IMG/VR virus record: IMGVR_UViG_3300042880_000321
Coordinates: 4,944 to 68,943 of that record
Origin: a virus
Direction: 5' to 3' (one strand)
Length of the DNA stretch: 64,000 bases
Shown: in pieces, positions 55,532 to 64,000 of the stretch
How the letters are laid out: each line of letters opens with the position of its first letter
Numbering within the stretch: the stretch's first letter is position 1
Notes under the pieces: model-generated
What the model saw: the letters and a program-made list of their open reading frames with translations, nothing else
Database searches by the model: none
What the model was told of the DNA's origin: nothing
Program-made: the position numbers and the translations under genes

Positions 55532-56639
55532 GGATTTTCTCTTTTAATTTCGGATTCAGGCCGAATTTACCAAATTCTTTCTGCATTGCCTTGGTAGCCC
55601 TGCCTACGTCTTTAGTCGGCAAAATGATTTCATCATGGATAGTGATGATGTTGGTCTTATCGAGATGCGGGACGACCTTCTGTATTAGCAAATCTGATTC
55701 AAATCGTTGACAACTGTGTGCCACAGTCTGGTAGCCGTTACTTTGTTTGGCGTGGGTTAGGTAAGAGGCGAAGGATGGGAAGTGTTTTTCCAGGACGTGG
55801 AACTCGTCCATCTTCTCCATTTTATGGGTTCTTTCGAACAGCATCCTAACAAAACCATTCTTCACTTGGTCCCGTATCTCCGGCGTCACAGATAGGCCCA
55901 TTAAGGCCCCTAGCTCTGCGTATAAATCGCTTTCTTGGCACAAGGCTATCCAGTGTCGTATATCCGGGCGGTCGCCGTAGGCGGACAATAAGACGGCTCC
56001 TAGACATAACGGCTGACAGGCCGTTATGTCGATGGCGGAAAGTGGGTAGGCTAGCTTGTGCTGGAGAAGGTATCGGTGTTTGAAAGCGGTGAAGTTGGAA
56101 TGCCATCGACCGAAATCACAGTAGCCTGCATAGAAGTGTTGGGAGCGGATACGCTCCCAGGTATAGGCTTGCCAGAAATTGTCGAACTCGGGAGCCTCAT
56201 CCGGTAATTTGAACCGGTAGAAGTCGGCTACTAACTTATTGCCGACTGCTCCATAGTCCTCGTCGAGAGGACAAGGGAGCCGAATTTTCCGTTTAAGGGT
56301 GTATAATTCAACTTCGCCGGTGCGATATTCATCGCGAAGGCGGACGGATTTCGGGAACTTGTTGCCATCGAAGTTGGAATACCGATCATTGAAGTCGAAG
56401 ACATGGGAGTAGTCAGTGGCGGCTCTGCGACGAATTTTGTCCCAGTGGCCACCGAACAAGGACCGCCCGTGTGCTTGAGAAAATGGTATGTAGTAGCCGT
56501 AATCCCGTCTTTTTTCGCTGGTGACGGTCATCTGCATCAACTGGAAAGAGAAGCGAGCCAGTTGATCGGCAAATTCCCCGGTGAAGTTGCTTCCCTTCGG
56601 TACGGGAATATTGCAGCATTGCGTGCTTTTGGTTACCAT
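55527..56639 (-). CDS. minimal family-A polymerase-like protein
   Basis: GRWHSNFT; motif A-like IDITACQP; motif B-like RDQVK..F..MLF; CQRFES; motif C IHDEI; no exonuclease domain. Confidence 0.6.
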   Translation of the reverse strand: MVTKSTQCCNIPVPKGSNFTGEFADQLARFSFQLMQMTVTSEKRRDYGYYIPFSQAHGRSLFGGHWDKIRRRAATDYSHVFDFNDRYSNFDGNKFPKSVRLRDEYRTGEVELYTLKRKIRLPCPLDEDYGAVGNKLVADFYRFKLPDEAPEFDNFWQAYTWERIRSQHFYAGYCDFGRWHSNFTAFKHRYLLQHKLAYPLSAIDITACQPLCLGAVLLSAYGDRPDIRHWIALCQESDLYAELGALMGLSVTPEIRDQVKNGFVRMLFERTHKMEKMDEFHVLEKHFPSFASYLTHAKQSNGYQTVAHSCQRFESDLLIQKVVPHLDKTNIITIHDEIILPTKDVGRATKAMQKEFGKFGLNPKLKEKIL

Positions 56640-56725
56640 AATTAGAATCTTGATTTAGGTTGTTTGGGAATCTGAATCGAGCTAGGAAAGCCGGCGTTGC
56701 AACACGTCGGCTTTCTGCATTTACG
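56640..56725 (-). promoter_or_regulatory. structured 5' leader similar to the one before the HNH gene
   Basis: Minus strand ATGCA GAAAGCCGACG TGTTGCAA CGCCGGCTTTC ... AAACAAC...ATCAAG. Confidence 0.55.
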
Positions 56726-56849
56726 GGTTAAATTCTACCAGCTTTTCGTAGAGTAGCCGGTTTTCGCGTTTTGGAAAACTGTTTCGTTTACGAAATTTGA
56801 AAATTTGCTAAAGATACCCAGGCCTGTTCCAGGCCCCCCCCAACCACCA

Positions 56850-56940
56850 AACCTAGGAACCCTATACACTGTACCAGGTACCCAGTACCCTGCACCAGGT
56901 ACCCAGTACCCTGCACCAGGTACCCAGTACCCTGTACAAC
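56850..56940. repeat. heptamer array with three 21-bp higher-order repeats (iteron-like; candidate origin or terminus)
   Basis: G(T/C)ACCAGGTACCCAGTACCCT at 56871, 56892 and 56913, in a non-coding strand-switch region. Confidence 0.85.
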
Positions 56941-57177
56941 ACCACCTGGAAGGTATAAACCTCTCTTCCATTATGTACCCCAGACAAATTCACTTTTTGC
57001 AGATTTCCCAGGGATTACAGCACAAAAACCACTGTTTTTAGTGCAGTGGGTGGCACCACAAAACGGGCATAAATAGGCACCCGCTAACGGGGTGCGGAAC
57101 GCACCCCGGTAACCTCAAATCCCAGCACCCGGCAGCCCCTTCCAGTAGAATTACTTATTCAACAAAAGGAACTACAG

Positions 57178-57735
57178 ATGGCAGACCGCGTAATTACCTG
57201 GGCACTATCCACGCAATATCGAAACGGATTGTACAACTCCACGTTCCGTTTTGACATGATACAGGCGGCTTTCGACCACATGGCCAAATACTGGCAAGTC
57301 TCGTTCCCCCGCGTCTCTCGCGGGGCGAGAGTCTCCATAGTACAGGCCAACACTTCTAAAAACCCCACCTGGGCCGCTTGGACCAGCGGCAATACGATTC
57401 ATATCTCCCCTACGTTCAATTTCGCACGAGATCCCAGAATTTGCGCTAAGGTCATTCTCCATGAGTTTTGCCATGCCGCCGGGGGCGGCAGTCATTCCAG
57501 TAATCCGGCAGCTTTAATGGCTCCAAATGGAGGGACTAGCGATGGATGGGTACAGGATGATCTCCGATGGCTCCGAGCCTATAAGCTCCGTGGCGGCCTG
57601 CCGCCAGTAGGCTCGTTAAATGAATTTAGGAACGCCACGACAAAAGGACTGGCATCCGCATATGCGGATGAAGTAGAATTGGCTTTTGGCTGTAATCACT
57701 GGTCTATTTTCGATTGGTTCAAAAAAGCCCCTTAA
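57178..57735 (+). CDS. matrixin-like zinc metalloprotease
   Basis: HEFCHAAGGGSH followed by Met-turn ALMAP; AAFDH and ISPT segments as in M10; AAGGA RBS. Confidence 0.7.
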   Translation: MADRVITWALSTQYRNGLYNSTFRFDMIQAAFDHMAKYWQVSFPRVSRGARVSIVQANTSKNPTWAAWTSGNTIHISPTFNFARDPRICAKVILHEFCHAAGGGSHSSNPAALMAPNGGTSDGWVQDDLRWLRAYKLRGGLPPVGSLNEFRNATTKGLASAYADEVELAFGCNHWSIFDWFKKAP

Positions 57736-57737
57736 TT

Positions 57738-59069
57738 ATGAGCATTGCGTTTGTATCGACTTGTAAAAACCGTTGGCAGCATCTAAGAGAGACTCTTCGA
57801 CAGAATCTCTTAGACAATAAACTAGAAGATACCAAGTTCGTAGTCGTTGACTACAACTCTGCGGATGAGATGGCCTACGAGATCCACAGGGATTATCAAG
57901 ACGAAATGGCCTCCGGCAAGCTGACTTACTATCGCTATTTTGGCCAGCATACTTTCCGGATGGCACATGCCAAGAACCTAGCTCACCGTCTCGGTATCCG
58001 AGAAGGAGCTAATGTTCTCTGCAACCTGGATGCAGACAACTACACAGAGACTAATTTCGATGCTTACATTCGTAATCATTTCGCTACTGATCGGAGAGTT
58101 CTTCTTTGGGCGAATATGGTCAAAGGAGTCATGCCCAAAGGCATCTCGGGGCGAATAGTTTGCTCCAAGGACGCTTTCCTCCTGGCAGGAGGCTACGATG
58201 AGAAATATTCCACCTATTCCCCTGATGACAAGGATTTCCGCGCTCGGTTGATCAGAATGGAAAATGAGCCCATCGAGATTGACCCTACGTTCCTCAATGC
58301 CATTCGGCATACTGACAAGATGCGGTTCAAAGAATATCCAGAAGCAGCGGATTCAGACGCCGAAGAGTTTTCCATTAGCCAAACTAATAGAGTCGTGAAC
58401 AACGGCTACTTCGGTTGTGGGATGGTTCACAGGAACTTTGTGCCAGAAGCCATCGAACTGAATCCATTGCCTACTCGCATTTTCGGCATCGGAGCCCACA
58501 AGACAGCGACCACGTCGCTGCATAATGCCTTCCAAATACTAGGCTACCCATCAGGACATTGGAAAAATGCACATTGGGCAAAGTCCATTTACAACCAGAT
58601 CCTCCAGGAAGGACGGTCCCTGACGCTAGAAAAGTGCTATGCACTTTGCGACCTGCCGATTCCGTTCTTATTCCGACAACTTGATGTCGCCTATCCTCGC
58701 AGCAAATTCATCTTGACTACACGTCCCGAGAAGGAATGGCTAGAGTCGGTCAGAAAGCACTGGAATCCTGAATTTAATCCGCAACAAGCGTACTGGAAGA
58801 ACGATCCGTTCACTAAGATCATCCATAGGGCCGTGTACGGCCAGAACCACTTCGATCCCGAAGTGATGATCCAAAAGTACCGCCAGCACAACGCAGACGT
58901 GCTAGAATACTTTAAGGATCGTCCCGACGATCTGTTGGTGATGGATATGGCAGACACTTCAACGAGCCCTTGGGCAAAGTTATGTCCGTTTTTAGGCGTC
59001 CGGGTGCCGAATTGCCAATATCCAACTTCCAACGTAGCCCCGGAAAAACAAACGGAATATGCAATATGA
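57738..59069 (+). CDS. glycosyltransferase (GT2/GT7-like) fused to a sulfotransferase
   Basis: VVVDYNS, NLDAD and GGYDE..Y..DD.D; sulfotransferase 5'-PSB GAHKTATTSL and 3'-PB ILTTR....WLES. Confidence 0.85.
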   Translation: MSIAFVSTCKNRWQHLRETLRQNLLDNKLEDTKFVVVDYNSADEMAYEIHRDYQDEMASGKLTYYRYFGQHTFRMAHAKNLAHRLGIREGANVLCNLDADNYTETNFDAYIRNHFATDRRVLLWANMVKGVMPKGISGRIVCSKDAFLLAGGYDEKYSTYSPDDKDFRARLIRMENEPIEIDPTFLNAIRHTDKMRFKEYPEAADSDAEEFSISQTNRVVNNGYFGCGMVHRNFVPEAIELNPLPTRIFGIGAHKTATTSLHNAFQILGYPSGHWKNAHWAKSIYNQILQEGRSLTLEKCYALCDLPIPFLFRQLDVAYPRSKFILTTRPEKEWLESVRKHWNPEFNPQQAYWKNDPFTKIIHRAVYGQNHFDPEVMIQKYRQHNADVLEYFKDRPDDLLVMDMADTSTSPWAKLCPFLGVRVPNCQYPTSNVAPEKQTEYAI

Positions 59070-59206
59070 TGAGATATTTCCAAACGCTTTGGCTATCGGT
59101 CTACTTTTTCTTTGCCGATGAGCTTGGTCTATCTCCACATCGGGCTAGACCAAGCGTCCGCCGTCGTAAGAAAAAGACGCGGCGGAGCCGCAGAGCGGCT
59201 TTGTGA
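59066..59206 (+). CDS. small basic protein
   Basis: ATGA-coupled; Arg/Lys-rich tail. Confidence 0.35.
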   Translation: MMRYFQTLWLSVYFFFADELGLSPHRARPSVRRRKKKTRRSRRAAL

Positions 59207-59248
59207 CGCAAATCGGAAACCTATCTGATTTCTGGGTAAAATTAGCCT

Positions 59249-59626
59249 ATGACTACTCCTGCCAAATTTGCATACGACGTGTGGGTGGGGAATCACAAGA
59301 CGTTCCATTGGCGATTCGCAACTTACCTAGACGACACCGAAACCTCAACAACAGCCTACCCTTTGACCGGGGTAGCGGTGTTTTTTACCGTTTTCAATGC
59401 AGATACGAAATTGGTCGAGAAATCGACCACGGCAGGAACAGTGACGGTTTCCGGCAACCAAGCGTCGGCTACGCTGACGCCGGCAGATACTCGCCTTATC
59501 GGCAACGCCGTCTATGAAGACGGCGTTAAGCCGACTTACGAAGTCGAGTTCCGGCAAGCCGGAATAGAGACTACGTGGCTTTACGGTAAACTTAACTTGA
59601 AGGGAGGAGATAACGAAGATGCCTGA
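59249..59626 (+). CDS. virion structural protein (BppU N-terminal-like beta sandwich)
   Basis: YPLTG, LTPADT, YEVE and LYGKL pattern. Confidence 0.55.
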   Translation: MTTPAKFAYDVWVGNHKTFHWRFATYLDDTETSTTAYPLTGVAVFFTVFNADTKLVEKSTTAGTVTVSGNQASATLTPADTRLIGNAVYEDGVKPTYEVEFRQAGIETTWLYGKLNLKGGDNEDA

Positions 59627-59780
59627 TGTTATCGTAATTCCTGATACAACTAACGGTCCTGATGTAATTGTCATTGTGCAAGAAGGTCCAGTTGGACCGT
59701 CAGGCACGGTGATTACATTCGGAACAGCTCCACCATCTGGCGGAAACGACGGCGACATCTACTTACAACACTCCCCATAA
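59619..59780 (+). CDS. small fibre-associated protein (53 aa, not in the ORF track)
   Basis: GGAGG RBS; GPVGPSG and GTAPPSGGNDGDIYLQ motifs of fibre proteins. Confidence 0.6.
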   Translation: MPDVIVIPDTTNGPDVIVIVQEGPVGPSGTVITFGTAPPSGGNDGDIYLQHSP

Positions 59781-59791
59781 AGGAAAAAAGA

Positions 59792-60220
59792 ATGGCTATT
59801 CAATTTAATGTTGCGACACGCAACGCACGGCTTGACACAATCGAATCGACGAACGGAACATCCTGTTCGCTGGAGATTCGTTCGGGTACTGTTCCTGCAA
59901 ACTGTGCAGCAACACGGACTGGAACAGTGCTTGCAACCATCAACTTACCATCGGATTGGATGGCCGCTGCGGGTACACCAACGGCTGGAGCGAAAACAAT
60001 TTCTGGAACATGGCAAGATTTGTCTGCGGATGCTACTGGTACGGCAGGTCATTTCTGCGTCTATAACTCGCAAGCAACAAAGGACGGAACAACTTGTTTT
60101 ATCCAGGGAACAGTTACAGCAACTAGCGGCGGTGGTGACATGGAAGTTTCTTCGACTTCATTCACGGCAGGTCAATCTTTCACGGTCAATACGTTTACCC
60201 TGACAGACGGCAACGCTTAA
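59792..60220 (+). CDS. virion structural protein
   Basis: RNARLD...LEIRSG..P...GT.LA...ADATGTAG pattern typical of phage structural proteins. Confidence 0.65.
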   Translation: MAIQFNVATRNARLDTIESTNGTSCSLEIRSGTVPANCAATRTGTVLATINLPSDWMAAAGTPTAGAKTISGTWQDLSADATGTAGHFCVYNSQATKDGTTCFIQGTVTATSGGGDMEVSSTSFTAGQSFTVNTFTLTDGNA

Positions 60221-60222
60221 CC

Positions 60223-60714
60223 ATGCAACTAACAACAGCACAGCAAACGACGCTTCGCAACTTCGTTCTAGCCGATCCTGTTTTTTCGGTTCAGCCACAA
60301 ACTAACAGCGGTGCTCTGTTCATTGCCGAGGCATTGAATCAACCTACCGAACCAGCGTTCATCGTGTGGAGGACATCTGTCTCCGTTGACGAGATTATGC
60401 GAAACGGCATGGACTGGGCACGAGTCGATAATCTTTCAGTAGGTAAGGCAAGAATCTGGGATTGGATGAGTCGTCTTGGTTCGTTCGATGCAAGTAAGCC
60501 GAACGTACGAGCTGGCATTGACGCTTGCTGGGTTGGTACAGCGGCAGATTTGGCAGTACGTGCATCTGTTTATGTCCACTGCAAACGAACAGCTAACGGC
60601 GTTGAAAAGCTACTAGCCACAGGCACGGGTAGTAATGCTGTTCCTGCGGTTACTTCAGCCGAAGGAACGCTATCGTACTTAGACGTAGTTCAAGCTATGG
60701 GTTGGTTCTACTAA
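60223..60714 (+). CDS. hypothetical protein (probably virion)
   Basis: Tightly packed in the cluster. Confidence 0.65.
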   Translation: MQLTTAQQTTLRNFVLADPVFSVQPQTNSGALFIAEALNQPTEPAFIVWRTSVSVDEIMRNGMDWARVDNLSVGKARIWDWMSRLGSFDASKPNVRAGIDACWVGTAADLAVRASVYVHCKRTANGVEKLLATGTGSNAVPAVTSAEGTLSYLDVVQAMGWFY

Positions 60715-60715
60715 T

Positions 60716-61222
60716 ATGCCAAGTAAAGTTTATAGAGCAGTCGAGACTCCAGTCGTCTTTCGGGAATCGGGCGGAGACGTTGTACTCAGCTTAGCGGTAT
60801 CGGGCACTGGATTGGGTATCGGTGCTGGCAGGATATCAGCACGATATGATCGTGGTGCTGGAAGCGTAGCACAGTCGCACGAAGTCAAAGCTGTGATTCA
60901 GGCTGCGGCTTCTGGATTCGCTGTAGGTGACGCCGTTGAACTGTATTTGTTCCAGTCCGATGGAACCTACATGGATGGCACACTCGGTACTTCGGACGCT
61001 GCACTAACAGCGGACAAGAGACGCAACGGAATACTCATCGGTGCTGTGATTGTAGACACGACATCGACAGCCACGGATATCATTGCACGGTTCCAGAACG
61101 TACCAATCACTAGTCGATACTATTCCATCGGTGTCTGGAACGCTTCGGCAGGTGACAACTTAGAGAACACCGCGAACGCTTCTAGAGTCATCGTAACTCC
61201 AATGCCACCAGAGGCTCAATAA
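60716..61222 (+). CDS. hypothetical beta-rich protein (probably virion)
   Basis: Tightly packed in the cluster. Confidence 0.65.
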   Translation: MPSKVYRAVETPVVFRESGGDVVLSLAVSGTGLGIGAGRISARYDRGAGSVAQSHEVKAVIQAAASGFAVGDAVELYLFQSDGTYMDGTLGTSDAALTADKRRNGILIGAVIVDTTSTATDIIARFQNVPITSRYYSIGVWNASAGDNLENTANASRVIVTPMPPEAQ

Positions 61223-61223
61223 C

Positions 61224-62534
61224 ATGCTGCTGACATCCACCAGCGATAAAATCCGATTGGTCACTTCCGTGGCTGGTGATGTTCGCGTGCAAGCTAGCTA
61301 CGTGGACCTCTCTGGTAGTACGGTTACACCGGGACGGCTTAACAGTTCTATCAGCACAGCTACGACGACCGATATAGTCGCAAGTCCTGCGAGTAGCACG
61401 CAACGAAAAATAAAGTACGTCTCCATTTGGAACGACTCTAGCAGTTCAGCCAATTCGGTTACAGTGCAACACACTGACGGGACGACAGTCGTCGATATTT
61501 ACGTCGTCAGTCTGCCAAGCCAATCAGGATTGACCTACGTCGATGGGCAAGGCTGGACTGTAATCGGCAATTCTAGACCGACAAACATTCAAACCTTTTC
61601 CGCAAGTGGCACATGGAACAAGCCGACCAGCTTCAACCCGGGCGTTGTTATGGTTCGCGTCTGGGGTGCAGGTGGCGGTGGCGGTGGGGGTTCGTCTCTG
61701 GCAACTGCGACCGTTACCAAGGGTGGCGGTGGCGGCGGCGGGGGTTGCTTTGTTGAAAGAATTTTCAGAGCATCTGACCTTGGCGACGACGTATCGGTGA
61801 CCATCGGTGCAGGAGGCTCAGCGGGCACGGGTGCAACGGCAGGCGGCTCCGGCGGCGATGGTGGCGTCGGCGGCAACACGACATTTGGCTCACTGCTGAC
61901 CGGCTACGGTGGCGGCGGCGGAAGAGGCGGGCAAAACTCTGCGCTTGCGACTGGCGGTGGCGGCGGCGGTGGCGGGCACTCTGCCGGTCAAACAGCCACC
62001 GCAGCGGTGGGCGGCAACGGGGGGCAGCCAATTTCGTCCGGGCCGGGTTTTGACATTCAAGGCATCACGGGGGCGGTTGGCTCGGGTAATAGTTATTACG
62101 GTCACTTCGGCGGGGGCGGCGGTGGCGGCTCGACAAATGCTGCCGCTTCAACCTCTGGCGGCGGGTCGCTTTTTGGCGGCGGTGGCGGCGGCTCGGGCGG
62201 TGGAACAAGCGCAGTTCCTGCGGCAACCAGCCCGACGACCGGCGGCGGTTTTAGCTCGTCTGTTGGCGGCGGGGGAGCGGCGGGCGTCTCAGCGGGTCCA
62301 TCAGGCCCGTCACCTCTGCCCGGCGATGCGGGCGGGGCAACCAACGGCACAACGGGTGGCGCGGGTGGCGGCGGTGGCGGCTCGACTGTGCAGGCTTCCG
62401 CCAACGGCGCAGCGGGCGGCGCAGGCGGGCTCGGCGGCGGCGGTGGCGGTGGTGGCGGGCGTGGCAGCAATCCGGGTCTTGGCGGCGCTGGTGGCATCGG
62501 TGGCGCTGGATACTGTGTCGTAATCTCTTGGTAA
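61224..62534 (+). CDS. glycine-rich adhesin/fibre-like protein, paralog 1
   Basis: N-terminal beta domain, then F..SGTW.KP...WGAGGGGG through GGAGYCVVISW. Confidence 0.75.
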   Translation: MLLTSTSDKIRLVTSVAGDVRVQASYVDLSGSTVTPGRLNSSISTATTTDIVASPASSTQRKIKYVSIWNDSSSSANSVTVQHTDGTTVVDIYVVSLPSQSGLTYVDGQGWTVIGNSRPTNIQTFSASGTWNKPTSFNPGVVMVRVWGAGGGGGGGSSLATATVTKGGGGGGGGCFVERIFRASDLGDDVSVTIGAGGSAGTGATAGGSGGDGGVGGNTTFGSLLTGYGGGGGRGGQNSALATGGGGGGGGHSAGQTATAAVGGNGGQPISSGPGFDIQGITGAVGSGNSYYGHFGGGGGGGSTNAAASTSGGGSLFGGGGGGSGGGTSAVPAATSPTTGGGFSSSVGGGGAAGVSAGPSGPSPLPGDAGGATNGTTGGAGGGGGGSTVQASANGAAGGAGGLGGGGGGGGGRGSNPGLGGAGGIGGAGYCVVISW

Positions 62535-62540
62535 TAAAAA

Positions 62541-63839
62541 ATGTACCTAACGTCAACCAGCGACAAAATCAGAGTCACAACAAGTTTATCGAACAGCGTC
62601 CTAGTTCACGCTTCCTATGTGGACCTGTCCGGTAGTACAGTCACACCAGGCAGGCTCAACACGAGCATAGCAGCGGCAACCACAACTGACGTAGTGGGCA
62701 GCCCTAGTGGGAGCGATAGCCGAGTCGTAAAGTTTCTATCGGTATGGAACGACCACAATTCAGCGGCTCAGACAATTACAGTGCTGCATACGGATGGAAC
62801 AACGACGGCGGATTTGTGGAGCGGTAGCATTCCTGCCCAGTCAGGATTGATTTTCGACGAAGCAAGCGGGTGGAAGGTGTCATCTCCGTTCCCTTCGGCG
62901 GACATTAAGACTTTTGATGCCCCGGGTGGAACGTGGACCAAGCCGACCGGTCCTCGCACCGGGCTGACCCTTATCCGGCTGTGGGGCGGCGGAGGCGGCG
63001 GCGGAGGCGGCGCGTCTCTGGCAACTGCAGTTGTCGCTAAAGGTGGATCGGGCGGCGGCGGGGGGCTGTGCGCCAGTCAGATTTTTCCGACCGATTCTCT
63101 GCCCGAAAAATTGACTGTCGTGATCGGATTGGGCGGCGGCGGTGGTGGCGGCGGCACGGCTGGCGCAGCGGGCTTGAGCCCGCTTTTTGGATCCCCGTCG
63201 TATGTTCGGGCAACGACCTACACGCTACTTTTCGCCCATGGCGGGGCTGCGGGGACGGGTGGTGCGATCAGCGCCGCGACTTCCAACGGCGGCACCGGGG
63301 CGGGCACTCATGGCGCCAACCTAGGAGCCATAAACAGCGCGGGGGCATCGGGACAGCCTATCAACGGCAGCAATTCGACTGCGTTTGGCCCTGCTTGGGA
63401 AGGCGGCGGTGGCGGTGGCGGGTCCAGCAACAGCGCAACCGTGCCTCTCGTAACTGCGGGTAGCACTGCCCGGTGGGGTGGCGGCGGTGGCGGCTCTGGC
63501 GGGTGTCACAGCAGCACCCCCACCACCATCGATGCATCGGCAGGCGGCGGCACAGGCAACAGCGTTGGCGCTACGGCGGGCGGGCTTGGCGGTGCAGCGG
63601 GCACGAGCGGTGCATCGCCTACGGCAGGCGCAAACGGCATTGACACTACCGGCATCGTAGGCGGCACAGGCGGAGGTGGTGGCGGAACGACTGTCACGGC
63701 ATCTACTGCGGGCGCGGCTGGCGGCAACGGGGGCAAAGGTGGCGGCGGTGGTGGTGGTGGCGGTGTCGGCATGAACCCCGGCGTCGGTGGCCGGGGTGGC
63801 AACGGAGGCAACGGCTATGGGATCATAATATCATGGTGA
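62541..63839 (+). CDS. glycine-rich adhesin/fibre-like protein, paralog 2
   Basis: Same architecture; shares LTSTSDKIR and ASYVDLSGSTVTPGRLN with paralog 1. Confidence 0.75.
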   Translation: MYLTSTSDKIRVTTSLSNSVLVHASYVDLSGSTVTPGRLNTSIAAATTTDVVGSPSGSDSRVVKFLSVWNDHNSAAQTITVLHTDGTTTADLWSGSIPAQSGLIFDEASGWKVSSPFPSADIKTFDAPGGTWTKPTGPRTGLTLIRLWGGGGGGGGGASLATAVVAKGGSGGGGGLCASQIFPTDSLPEKLTVVIGLGGGGGGGGTAGAAGLSPLFGSPSYVRATTYTLLFAHGGAAGTGGAISAATSNGGTGAGTHGANLGAINSAGASGQPINGSNSTAFGPAWEGGGGGGGSSNSATVPLVTAGSTARWGGGGGGSGGCHSSTPTTIDASAGGGTGNSVGATAGGLGGAAGTSGASPTAGANGIDTTGIVGGTGGGGGGTTVTASTAGAAGGNGGKGGGGGGGGGVGMNPGVGGRGGNGGNGYGIIISW

Positions 63840-64000
63840 CACGTTGGGCGTTACTGACAGCATCAGGTCAAGTCTTTAACGTGTGTGTTTGGGATGGGGT
63901 CGAGGCTTGGACTGCGCCGGTCCATCTCACTGTTATTGTGTGTCCCGATTACGCTGGCCCTGGTTGGCAATACGTCGATTCGGAGTGGTCTCTGATTCCT
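63833..64000 (+). CDS. small fibre-associated protein (3'-truncated by the window edge)
   Basis: MVTRWALLTASGQVFNVCVWDG...AGPGWQY, typical of small genes that follow Gly-rich fibres. Confidence 0.55.
   Translation, partial: MVTRWALLTASGQVFNVCVWDGVEAWTAPVHLTVIVCPDYAGPGWQYVDSEWSLIP

Noticed and set aside
56735-57041. ORFs with YWVPGAG or PGTQYPA repeats
   Set aside because: They are translations of the 21-bp DNA repeat on both strands, without convincing RBS or context; treated as non-coding.
61589-63811. Several Pro-rich or Arg-rich alternative ORFs
   Set aside because: They are antisense or off-frame shadows of the GGC-rich glycine codons.
1-64000. tRNA, rRNA, integrase or transposase genes
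   Set aside because: None recognised by eye; tRNAscan-SE and HMM searches would be needed to exclude them.

Overview
This window is most of a tailed dsDNA phage genome (Caudoviricetes). It is probably siphovirus-like: it has a tail tube, a frameshifted tail chaperone and a tape measure, and no sheath gene is recognisable. The host is probably a Planctomycetota member, which is an inference from several protein families. Layout: (i) + strand packaging, head, putative lysis and tail genes at 1-25.8 kb; (ii) a - strand replication/recombination arm at 25.8-50.4 kb with split Rad50, Mre11, split family-A polymerase, clamp and clamp loader, RecA, SSB, DnaB, primase, SNF2 and Dam; (iii) a short + block (phosphoesterase, PhoH) and a - block with a GT11 fucosyltransferase and a second, minimal PolA-like protein; (iv) a repeat-rich strand-switch region near 56.8-57.1 kb, possibly an origin; (v) a second + cluster with a matrixin-like protease, a glycosyltransferase-sulfotransferase fusion and Gly-rich adhesin-like proteins. 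The best candidate new system is a set of mucin-like tail proteins (6-Cys modules joined by Thr/Pro repeats) followed directly by a divergent Erv/ALR-like sulfhydryl oxidase and a multidomain glycosyltransferase. Three further glycosyltransferase genes (one a fucosyltransferase, one fused to a sulfotransferase) lie elsewhere. Together these suggest a phage-encoded disulfide and O-glycosylation pathway. Other candidates are a protease plus thioredoxin cassette where lysis genes are expected, triple DGG motifs shared by two virion proteins, and a PolA-like core flanked by structured DNA. All family calls come from motif recognition by eye; no database search was run.
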